In this document: positions 1 to 12,100 of the stretch, piece by piece
Layout: each line of letters opens with the position of its first letter
How positions within the stretch are numbered: the stretch's first letter is position 1
From: Fimbriosthenelais zetlandica
Lineage: Eukaryota
Reading direction: 5' to 3'
Assembly (NCBI GenBank): GCA_977030845.1
Contig: OZ365114.1
Location: 26,660,001 to 26,724,000 of the forward strand
DNA: 64,000 bases
Notes under the pieces: generated by a model
Seen by the model: the letters and a program-made list of their open reading frames with translations, nothing else
What the model was told of the DNA's origin: nothing
The model's database searches: none
Program-made: the position numbers and the translations under genes

Positions 1-2605
1 GGAGGGTGGGAGAGGGTAGAGAAGTGGAGTAGTGCTAAAGGTGGAGAGATGACAAGGGTAGGAATTAAGCGGGGAATATGAAAGATCTGTAGGTTTTGGT
101 ATTCAGTGGAATAGAAGTGAAATGGTGGATTTGGGTGGGGTGAGTGGAGGCGGTGCAATGAGTGGCATGATGGGTTGGTATAGAGTAGGGTTGAGAGATG
201 GGTTGGACAGTGGATGAATCCAAAATGGAGGGACGGACAAGGGATGAGAAGGCTAGGAATTAAAGGGGTGGCTTCTTCATGCAGGGAGGCTGGTGAAAGA
301 GATCTTGTCAGGAGAACACAGAATGCTGAATGCTCAATAGACATGGATCAAATCTAAGACGTATAGATATACATGAATGTACAATGATTTTCTTAACTGA
401 GGATGATGGAGAAAAAGTTAGGATCATATTCAAAGCGAATGTATGGACACATCTACAAGAACGACAAAGGAATGAGGATATAATATATGCATGGAATCCA
501 GTAACTGCTGGTCCTGAATAAAAAGTGTAGTCTCTCATTTGAACTGAGAATGATACAGAGAATAATGTAGGAGCAGGGTCAACCCGAATGTGTGGACACC
601 TCAGTCTACAAGGATGACAAAGAAAGGAGGCTATCCCTGCACGGAAATGGAAGAATAATATTATGAGTACCCGACGAAGTGTGAAGGACATTGATTGGGT
701 GGTGGAGGGATTGGGAGGTTGGGTCCGGTGTTTGGGTATGCTCGGTCAAGGCACCAAGAAGGCACCAAGATGACCGAGAGAAGGACACGGAATAACAAGC
801 TCTGATGGCACACTTTAGCTGTCACTTTCTGGGTTTGTTTTCTGGGTTAGCTTATTTGACTATAGGGTAAATGATACCATAGTCGTTCTCATACACTGAA
901 CTGTATCACAATTGACATCAGAAAAGACATGTTTGAGACCATATATGAAACTTTGAAGGCAAAAACACATTGAAAATTTAAAAACTTACAGATATCCTTT
1001 ACATCATGAGATGAAACATGTTGTCTGCTTGCCCAGATGGATTGATTGATCTGAAACAAATAAAGAGTATTTCAGAAAAGTGCGACCGTTTAATATCATA
1101 TTACTCTAAAGATATAAGTGACATGACAAATGGCAAAATGGCGTGTAAATGTCCTATTATATAGTATCAAGCAGATCAGTGTTAGGCACCTGTTTACGTA
1201 AATCTGAATTGATTATTATTTTCTGCTGACCTGGCTTCTTTAAAGCCTGGATGATAGTTGTAATATGTATGTTGCATGTGGAAGGAACATCGCTTGGGGC
1301 GAGAACCTCGATTTGACCAGAAGCCATGACAGTGACAGAGACTAGATGTTGGTCCAGCAATGGTCATTGATAGAATTAGATCCAGTAAATCAGCTGGCAG
1401 ATTGTCCAGTCATTCTCTCATAGAGAACATCACTAACAAAGTGCATGCATGTACTGGGGCAGTGAGAATATAGGTGAATGTTGGAAGAGTTTGTTGCTTT
1501 GTTTTCTCGCAGTTTTGTTGCTTTTTAAAACACTTTATTTAACGAATCCTGCCATGCGGCGTCTTAGATGTCAACAGTTACAACGGGTACTGAAGGAGCT
1601 GAGAAGGGAAAGACAAATTATATGTTTCTCGGGGCCAAATCTGTAGCAATGTTTGTTTTTTACAAGAGAAACTACACATATATATATAGAGAGAGAGAAA
1701 CTACTTTTGTGTATATATAGATCTCCAAATGGAGAGGCCTTCGTGAACAATAAGTATTATCCAATATTTGAGGAGATGTAGCTTCAAAGCAAGAGGAGAT
1801 GCTTAGAGAAAGCACAGTGAATCTTCAAGTCCAGATCTATGTCTCATACTGTAATGCGTTTCTTCAAACAAGGAAGAGAGACTCATACAGAAGTAAGGAC
1901 TATTTTATGAATGAAAAATAGTGGAGAAGTGAGGGAGCAATCTGTGGCCATTCAGGACTGGGGCAATTAGTCATTCCAAAAGCAGGCCGCCAACAAAGGA
2001 GGCAGATGGTATCAGCCGTAAAACTCAACTATCTTCTTGACACTTTCACTATTTTATCAATCACCCAGATTGCATCATGGCGACACTTTCTACTCAAAAA
2101 CATGAAATATTCCCCGCGAGTACCAGTGAATGGGATCCTATTAGAGTCAGGCTTTATCTGAAGGAGGAACAAGAATCACTTGTGAAATCATGGCCGCCAT
2201 TTTGTTGTTGAGAGACGATTGTCCTCCGCATGGAACTCGGACTTCCTCTGTGATTCTTTGTTCTCCATAACAAAGCTAAATGATAATTTATCCTGCATCT
2301 ACCACAAAGCTCTCTCTGTTGTGCCTTTCAGAAATAATTTTAACAGATTTGTTAGGGTTGACATTAGTGCATATATCAAATCAAGCAAGATATATTTTGC
2401 CAGATATTCTTTTTAAGTTTTCTGAGAGAACCTTGGTCTAATCTAAAAATGATGAATCCTTATAAAACCGTCCTTAGAAGAAAACCATATTTCATTCGTG
2501 TAGCTATCTCAACTTGTCATACAAAGAAATGGCCACACGAATATCACCGTGTTTACAAGAAGAATACTAATGCATCCCTGTATTATCTGAAAAGCTGAGG
2601 GAAAG

Positions 2606-2640
2606 AAGTATTACCATTGCTACCAAAGTATTACCATTGC
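2606..2640. repeat. Local duplication (20-bp period)
   Basis: AAGTATTACCATTGC at 2606 and 2626. Confidence 0.8.
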
Positions 2641-3165
2641 ACATTCTTACCAAACACTAGTGATATAGTATTCCTGATATACCAACTAATGCATACATGA
2701 CTGTATTCCTTGTCCTTAAAAACTCCCGAATATTACAAAGGCAAGGCGGGCAGCAATTAATAATGGGAGAGAAGCATAATTATGAATGGATCATTAGTGT
2801 AGAACGATGGATCATTAGCATGGGAGAAGCTGGCTTCAGCCTTGCTTCCGCCCTACACGAAACCTCGGAGATTTATGCCAACATGGCTTCCTCACAAATG
2901 ACTAGTTTTCCACTGAATGTTTCCTTGTTTTCTAAAGAGGGGACAATGTTTCCTTTCATTGGAAATATTGAACAGAGGGTGCATTGACTGGCAGGGCAGA
3001 AATTGCTTCTATTTGAAGTTTCCTGGCAAAATAGTGCAATAGTTTGTGGAACTGCTTGCTGTCAGACTAATGACTGGCAATCATTATGAAATATTCAGTG
3101 TTTTGGAGGGATTTCTGATGTTTACACAGCAAAATGGAGGACATGAGTTTAAAAGACCACTTTAG

Positions 3166-3204
3166 GGGCCTGTTTCAATGTTGGCAATGCTAAGTCAATG
3201 CTAA
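3166..3204 (-). mobile_element. Partial copy of ~70-bp GGGCC-terminal MITE family
   Basis: GGGCCTGTTTCA terminus. The reverse complement contains GACTTAGCATTGC, shared with the 57802 copy. Confidence 0.6.
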
Positions 3205-3878
3205 TATCGGACTCGCATACTTATGGTACAAATCATATTTGTATAACTGATATCTTTAGTCGAAAAGGAGCTCAATAAACTTTCCAAAGGGGAAATGATA
3301 AAGACAAGGGATTTTGTTCAGTCCATTTCAGATTTCATTATGGAGTGGGTGTTAGGGTTAGGAAGGTTCAAACTGTTCAGCTAGAGCCTTCAAGTAGGCC
3401 TCTCCTTCCCACCAGTTCCCTTATAAATCTCCCCACCACCAATACGGTCCATTCCACCCTGCGAGCCCTCCCATCCCCAACTCAATCAATAAAACAAGCT
3501 CATAGAACCACACGCAATTTCCTGTTCATTATGAGTGGTTGTGTGAGCATACCTCATGATATATTAGCTTGTGTCTAATTGAAACCTTATGGCAATATCT
3601 CCAATTGATTATTTATGCCAATGTTATAGCACCTATAATAACCATCACTCTCCCCACGACACATATATGATGGATGCTTGAATAGGGAGATAAAGAGCAA
3701 ATGAAACGCTTGTTCGTTCCTTGAGAAGATTGACCAACTGCAATCAAGAGCCTAAATGGTGACATTTCTATGCGGGAAGGCCCAAACAAAGCCATCTTTG
3801 GTTGTTGCTAACTTATGAACAGAACAATTTAGTACATTTAGTTCAGATTCATGCATTAGAACAACATCTGTTTCCTAA

Positions 3879-3944
3879 GGCCTGTTTCAAAAGGAATATT
3901 AGCAAAGCTAAATCTCTGGCTAATTATCGTTTTGAAACAGGCCC
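3879..3944 (-). mobile_element. ~70-bp GGGCC-terminal MITE family copy
   Basis: Perfect 14-bp IR GGCCTGTTTCAAAA / TTTTGAAACAGGCC. The internal reverse complement GCCAGAGATTTAGCTTTGCTAAT aligns to the family core GCCATAGACTTAGCATTGCTAAT. Confidence 0.75.
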
Positions 3945-6900
3945 CTGAATGCAATTGCTAACAGTTGAGTTGGCCTTAAACTGCATTTGCATCAGCATTC
4001 TCACAGTAGTCAACAGCAGTCAGGGTTCATATATAACTGCGTTCCGTCCATAAAGCACCAAACATGCCAACAGTTCATTACTGCTTTTCGGTCACGTTTC
4101 CTAGAGCAGCCTGTTCAGAGACATTGACGAGTGCAAAGACAATGCTGTAAGTATTTTGATTGCCTCATCTCAGGCCATTGTACAACCATAGGCTAATGTA
4201 TTGTTGTGCAACGCAACCATAGCGCAATGAAAGTTGTGATCGGCATTCTGTTATATATTGGTCTTGCAAAGGGTGAATGGTTGTGGCAGTAAGCACCGTG
4301 CATGTGGGTAGGAAATCCTAGATGTTTTCATGCTTTCATTGTGATGTACCAAGAATGGGCAACTAGTGGCCTGGCTGAAGAGGGAAACAGGAGTACATAA
4401 TGGGCCCCGACTGATGGGACAAAAGAGGGGCGAGGCCTGGCATGGAGTGGAGAAGCTGTCATGACCCAAGCACGTTATTGCATACAATTGGGTGCCTAAA
4501 CCCACATGATACCAATGGCTGCATACTTCCAGTAATAATAGGGGTTTGGAGCCAGATTGCTTTATTTGCTTGCATATTTTGTATACAGGCCATGCATTTA
4601 TTAAACGCTGGGTTCTTGGCATTTTTTCTCACTGGGGATATTATATCGGACTAAGGGATATTGCCATTAATCATTTTACAGCTGACATTGTCAAATCTTC
4701 ATGGTTGTAAATCCATGGGACCTACTGAGAAATCTCAGCTGCTCAATGGAATATGTATTGACATAGAAGTTTCATTTGGGTTTCAAGCCCTAGTTGTGCC
4801 CTAGGCAAACCCATAGTCTTTTAATGATTCAGTAATTGCAAGACTGCGTATGGCAAAATGATGTACTAGATTTATCATTATTTATGCCTAGGTTTGTATG
4901 TAAGAACATAATAATAATAATATAATAACGCATGTTGTAGTACTTTTACATGCATGTTACACTATGGTATACCATGTATGTACAAGACATCCAGGTGTTA
5001 GCATTAAGGAGCGCTATATGCCTTAAAGGTGGACTGTGTGCCTTGTAGTAGCCCTGGAGGTTCAAGAATCAATTCTTATCGATCATTACCCCACCAGGAG
5101 GTAGCATGAGGGAGGGGGTGGTTCCCTCCACCAGCCGACCAGCCTATAGCTGGTAGTGGGGATGTTCAATACAAGCCTGGAGGACAGCCACCCTGGAGTA
5201 GGTAGGAGGAGAGGGGGGCGACAAGGGACTAGGGACATGTATGTCCCAGCAAGCGCCAATCACAGCACAAGGCTAACGGTACAACTGGTCCTCCTTCCAA
5301 GCCTTTCCTCCGCATCGAGCCTGCGAAACCACTTGAATAAATAATAACCACTAACTGCTTTTCGCTCCTCTTCAAGTCCCCGGAGCAATGAAATTGCTTT
5401 TAAGTTTGGAAGTCTGTATAGTGAATGTTCATGTGGTCTTTGCCAGGGCCTGGGGGCAGCTAAGGCTACTGGAACGCTTCCAGAGTTGGGCTATAGGCCG
5501 CAGCCGCTGTGGAATATTTTTTCTTATTCTTTATTCAATTACCCCCGGTCAGCGCTTCCCTGAATCCCCGCAAGCATTGAATTTAAGACGATTCAAGTTG
5601 GATGGACGCGTCATTGTGAGGATTGAGAATTCCTATCTGTTCCAGATGAAAGGTTTCAACAGTTGGCATCTGAGGCGGGAGCAATGGAAGGATGGGTGGA
5701 AACTGTGGGAAGATGTGGGGGAAGATCGGGGGTAGACAAGCATCACAGTGTCTCTAGATGGCACTGATGCTCCAGCTGAGTCTTACCGGACTCAATAGCT
5801 CCAATTACTCCAGTAAATACCCACTTCCTTACGGGATATATGGGATAAGAGAGAAATGGGAATAGCATCCACTTGAATGACGACGAATGACTTGGAAAGG
5901 TAAAATGTCATGGAAATGTGAAAGGAAACAAACAAAAATAAAGGTCCAAAAATCTTGAATGTTTCCATCAGCTGCTGATAAGGATGATGCTTTGCATTAA
6001 TTTTCACAGCCAAAACTGAACCCAAATTGTGTCACTTTCTTTCCTGATCTCATACAAAGGTTTATGTAATGACAATGAAATGACATCATCTCTCAATGAA
6101 ATAAGAAGCATCTCACTCAGCAGCTGTGTCAGTCTTTCTTTCTCTGTTTCTTCCAAATTGAATATTCAGTGATAATCAATCATGGCCTACTTTCTGATTG
6201 TTTCCCTCCAGTAAGCCTTTACACAGCCACAGATTTGTTCACACTCCATTCAAAAACAGTCCACACACCCCTCCATCTTTGCATCATGTACCTCTGACCA
6301 TCTGCTGTGAAGTATTTTCTTTCCAGCCAGCTTAAGATGCTCCTGAACATGATGACCTCGATCATGGCAGCTATATCTGACTTATACTTCCATTGATTTT
6401 GGCGGAAAATCTTGGAGAATTTTTTAGGAAAATTTGGAGGAAAATTAACAACTTTCTGTGGAAGCATTGTACAATTTTCATCATCCAACTATAGAGGACT
6501 AGATACCACTGTCATTTAGGATTTAGTAATATATAATAACATATTATACCTATTGTATAGAGGTGTCAAAGTAATAAACATGAAGCACTTTACATGGCAG
6601 GATAAGGTAGATACTGCATATCATGTATGCTTGCATATACATATACTTTGTGTAACATTATAAAATGTGGACAACAGGCAGATTTCTGCGTTGAGATGGC
6701 TCATCCATCATTAGACTCTGTGGAGCTCGTGTTCCCCTGGTTTAGCCATGTACACTACACAGGAAATGCGGCCATTAGATAGCATAGACCCTTCCCCTCT
6801 ACATTCCCTTACATGAGGCCACCAAGCACCAACAACTGTTTTACACTGCTACTCTTTTGGTTCGTCATACCAAGAAAACCTCCATATTGATCACTAGAAC

Positions 6901-9110
6901 TATAGAATGTCGGAGCAAAGTATCAGTCCTGATACAATGCTGATAATATTATATATGCTGATATGTATGCTGGATGGAAAAAGATATATACAAAACAATA
7001 TAAAAGATAAAGATAAAATAAAGATGAGATAAAATTAGTGAATGCACTTGTTCCTAACCCATTATGCTGGATGATAAATAACAGTTATACAAAACAATAT
7101 AAATCATGAACAAGCGAAAGATAACGCTCTCCTAACCCATCACAGCTGTATAGGTGTGGCCATGTTAATAGATTGAGGTGGGGAGTTTCAGTATTGGTAT
7201 AGAGGGTGGGCTGGATGGTAGACGTTATTCTTGGCTTGGCCTCAGTTGTTGGCGCTTGGGGGAGGTGGATGAAAGGCTGGTCTGTGGTCGATTATGGATT
7301 AAGTGATTTCCTTCGTCATGCATGACCCTGTCTTTCATTGTCAGCTATTTCCGCCTCCGGCTGGGAATTTAGTCTGGCCGCTCTTATCATATTAGGGGAA
7401 ATAGCCGGAGGAAAAGTTCAATTTCTCAACAACTTTTATACGAGAATATGGGAAGCCCTCCACCTGCCTCAAATAGGCCACTTTACAGCATGGCATAATG
7501 AGAGGGAGAGGGAGAGTGATACACTCTGGCATTAAGTATTGAAATCTAATATAGTTAATTCGGAGCCGAGGTAAAAGTACAATCAATTTGCTTTTGGATT
7601 AATGGACAGAGATCTGAGAGAAAAGTGAGATAAAGATTAAATAATTAAATCAAATGAAAAAACTGGAATCCTTCTGTAAGTTTGTTTGAAGGCTTAATGA
7701 AGCTGATGAAGCCAGAATCTTTCTAAATGAGGTGTAATTCCCCAACATTAAAAATCAGCCAAAGTCTTTGATCATCTTATTATTTTTCGTAAAATTGATT
7801 CAACTCATAAAAAGGAATAAGTAAAATAAAGATTTCCAAGAGACCTTGAGCGAATTATAATAAAAGCTTTAAATTATGGAAGGAAATCCTTTGCTCTTTA
7901 TAATCCCAGGCTCAGACCATACATACATGTCTAATATTAAAAGCTCTCACTCTATAGGGAAGCTTCTCAGTCTATTTCTTCCAGTGGTGACAGCAGATCG
8001 AGGGGATATATGACAGATAAAAAGCCCCACTGCCGCTGAAAGGTGCGATTTGTAAAAAATGACAAGGAGAAAAGCCCCTATCGCCTACTCCTTTCCCCCA
8101 AGGGTTCGGCTCTGCTTTTTGCCACCACTTCAGAGTTCAAAAACCATTATATCATCCATCGACACTTTGCTTTTAATCTCGCCCTTGTTATCGCTCCATT
8201 AAAAGTATTGAGCGGTGAGCAGCTATCATTTCCCAGGTGATAGGTCAATTTTAACATGAGCAGAAATCTTCGGGAACAACGTATAAAAAGGGATTATTTG
8301 GTCAGAGTGAGGTGGATGGGAAAGGTTTGAAAGGATGAAGTATATATAAGAAAAGGTGAAATTTTCTAATCTTTGCCAGGAGTGTTATCATTTTGGTCTG
8401 CGCCTTTTTTCGGGGAGACAGCTTCCCAGATCCAGTTTTTTTCGACTTAATGGATCATGTCTGGTTATCTTTAGTGCCAATGACAACCTTGGTGCTGGCA
8501 GGAGATCGAGTGAGATGGGCAACTTCGGAAATCCATGTAACAAAAAAAGCAATTTCGGATTTTTTGATGATCTTTGGGTGGCAGTGCACAGTGGTGAACC
8601 GGTTATAGCTTTCAATGTCTCCCCTCAATGATATGACTAGGACTTTACCAGTCTGGCTGAGGGCCAGTCAAAGATGGGATCCGTCAAATCAAGCATACAT
8701 CCCAGAAATACACGGTTAGAACTTAAAAAATATCTCATGATACTCAAGTGTATTGACAAGTGCCTCTGTCTGCCTGCATCCCAGCTCTCTTGTCTGAACT
8801 CCCACACTATATACACTGTCTACTATTCCCCCCCCCCTCCTCACCACCTCTCAATTCCCCATGACGAGGGACAACATCTCATTGATTACTTCCCTACCAT
8901 ATGTACTCACTCCCTCGCCCCCTAGCGGATGGATTTAGAAGATATAGACTCGGATCAAAGGCAGATTCCTCCATTTGTACAGTGGTTTAAACTGCTGCTC
9001 TACTGTAAATAGTCAATGGTATGTGTTCTATTACAGAAACGTTTGTAGAATTCTCCATTTAAGATTTTGAAATCTTAACCATGGGACGTAGAAGGGAATA
9101 AGGTAAAGAA

Positions 9111-9147
9111 AGGAAGGGAGGGAGGGAGGGAGGGAGGAAGGAAGGAA
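9111..9147. repeat. (GGGA)n/(GGAA)n compound microsatellite
   Basis: AGGAAGGGAGGGAGGGAGGGAGGGAGGAAGGAAGGAA; an (ATGG)n-like tract follows at ~9225-9265. Confidence 0.9.
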
Positions 9148-12100
9148 CGTCTATAAACGTAGATGAAGATATCCAAGGATGGAATGAGGCCAGGTGGATG
9201 ACTTGATCAAGAATGAGTTAATAAATGGATGGATGAAGGAATAGATGAATGGATGGATGGAAGGAAGTGGAATGCATATAAAACCACATGCAGGCATAAA
9301 TGAGCCTCAAATCATGGTGAATTTACAACCTTCATGATGAATGTGGGTTCTGGTGAAAACAGCTGCTCCCGGCAGGGCTTACAGCGGAGACGATCATAAA
9401 CATGAGTAGGGTATAGGGGAGGTTGTTCATATCATCCATTATGCAATAAAACATAACATACAGACCACCATGGAGAGTGGAGAGTCCACTCATACATGTT
9501 CCTTTACCGGAACCAATGAGTAGTATAGGAAAATGGACCAAAGACCCAGGGTAGCTTGGTATGGAATGTTGAAAGAAATCTGGACTGTTCATGATTGCCG
9601 AGTTCGTAATATGATACGAAATTACCCACTAGCTTTGATAAATCCCTTAACACAACTTTAGAGGCATCAGGACTTGTTATGAACTATGTCTATGCGAACT
9701 TTAGAGTATTGGATAGATGGTATACAGTATGCCACAGACGATATTTTCTACCAAATGATACAGAGGGTTATGTGGCTGGCTTTTGTCGATTCGGCATTGA
9801 ATAATAATCCTTTGACCTAAAGACAAAATTAATAACACTAAATCTTAATCCTGATATTTTTACCACAGCCAATAGCTATACCAGAGACCATTCTGTTGCT
9901 ACCCAAAAAATACCTCCCGAGATAATCAGGACAGCCAATTGATTAAGAGGATAATTAAGTTGCCTTGTCCGTGGATAATAATAGGCGAGGGTTTTTCCTC
10001 TGGGGCAGGGGATGGCTTCCCATCAGGCCCTTGGGAGATTTCCATAGGACACATCTAGTATATTAATACAGGGGGGTAACTAGGTCCTGCCCTCCCCCTT
10101 CCCCCAATCCTTCCACCTGCTCTACCTCTCATTTCTCTTCTGAAATATCAAAACCCAAGCGTAAACCTCTAATCTTCCTTAAATATTTGAGCAGCATTTT
10201 CATGAATTTTTCATCCATTTTCGTCAGTTAATGATTATGATTATAGAAAATAGTTTTGTCCCTTAATGGTCATTATAATTTTCAGAATGAAATGAACCCC
10301 CACATATAGTAGGGCTTGGGATTTAAAGGGGGTGTATATGTAGGGATGAGGGAGGAGTATTTAATTGGATTATCTGGGATCCTCTAGGATTAGTGGTAAT
10401 GCATCATCACGGAGGACACCCCATCATCAATGGAGGCATGAATTCATTAAGACTGATCCTCCATACAGGGGGTGGTCGTTATAGTGAGGGAAGCTACATA
10501 CTTACCATCAGATCCTCAACTCCCAAACTAGGAGGTACTAACACTGAGCAAGTATGCGATAGAGATAAAATTGTTCTGATGAAAATCTTTGAGAAATCAT
10601 AAAATTCAAAGGTAGAATTTAGATGCTAATTCATGGTAGGACCCAATTACAGGATAACATACATGTATTGGCCCCCTATATTAATTTTCGCTGGGCACTT
10701 GAAACATATGGATGGATGGAAACCCCGATGCTGTTTCTATGTAGACTGTGGTAACATAGAGCAAGAATGAGGGATAAATGACATTATTTTGGTGAATATG
10801 TCGAGATGAGGAGGTGAATTCAGGGCAGCAATTGATGACATTATGGATGAGAATGAATTGGCTGAACACTTATTAAATATCAGAGGAACATTTTGAAGGA
10901 GATTTGGTGAAGTCTATGGTGGCCTGGAGGGGCAGTGAAGCTTGCAAACCGGACTGATATGAACACGGTTAATGCAAACATCACGACCCAACCAAAACAC
11001 CTCCAGCAGCTTGAAGAGCAGCAGCCGGAGAGCTGTCCAGCTGTAAGTCAAAACTTCATGTAAATCCCTAAATACCAAAAACCACCTGCCAGGGTTTACA
11101 ACCACTGCACCATACACCCTGAATCTTACCTTCAGACATAGAAAAACACTTTAGAGATAAAACAAAAATGGGAGAGGAAATGGTAAGAGATATTTCGGCA
11201 GTTAACTCCCAACATTTTCCAAAGTGATACTTAAGATATTTAGGATTATGCACTGGTATAGATTGTTTACTGAATGGCTTAAATGTATAGTTTCCCTTGT
11301 CTCAGAAGCAACATTAAATTACACCCTACAGTAAGACACAGTGAATAGATCGGACCTAATTGGAATAGTAATGACTTACGTGCAGAGAATGACATTAAGT
11401 GAATGAATTAAAAGCCTTCTAGGCAACAGTATCAGCAGCAAGCATCTAACCACTATTTCCCTCATCCAATCCCCACCCCACCCAGTCTGTTTCCCCAAGC
11501 CCCCCATTCCATCCAACCATCCACATATTGTCATTAACCAACCATTGTTTTCCATCCATATCTCCACAAGTACATGAGATTTTTTCTCCATCTGATCTTA
11601 TCTGGTTTCCAGATGCTATAGTATAATGGTAGTCAGGCACATCTTGCCGTGGTATTCGCTGCATCAGGTCGATTAAGCGAGGTCTACTCGTCTTGTGATT
11701 ATCACAGAAGTATGGGTGGAATACTACTAGAAGATTCAGTGATGGAGCATGGCATGACTTGGATACAGTCGTGTTTGAGAGGGTGGAGGTAATAGAACTA
11801 TCACAATGTGGTGGTGGGGAATACAGAGGAGCAGAAGTATGCTGTGGGGTGTAGTCTATGTAGGACTCACTCTCTTTTATTGTGCCTCTAATGGTATATG
11901 GTTAATTCCTTTGGGTTGGTATACAATCATGGTTTTATGATGGACATAAGAAGAATGTCGACATTGCAAATAATACTAAACTAACCAACCACTCGTCAGT
12001 TCTAAACTCTCTGCCAATACCAAGTATTGTATGGTGTTTTTTCAATATACATGTAAATTTGTTACTACATGTTGAGCTGGTATATCATTGTGCAATAACA

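Noticed and set aside
1157-1360. Possible LINE APE-endonuclease remnant (IIINSDL resembling IIGDFN)
   Set aside because: Catalytic motifs are absent and the resemblance is too weak.
8356-8631. Three simultaneously open frames behind an acceptor-like TTTGCCAG
   Set aside because: None of the peptides is recognisable, no good donor was found, and the stretch is short enough for chance.
9540-9825. WYGMLKEIW resembling a CACTA transposase-associated motif
   Set aside because: It is a single short motif without supporting flanking similarity.
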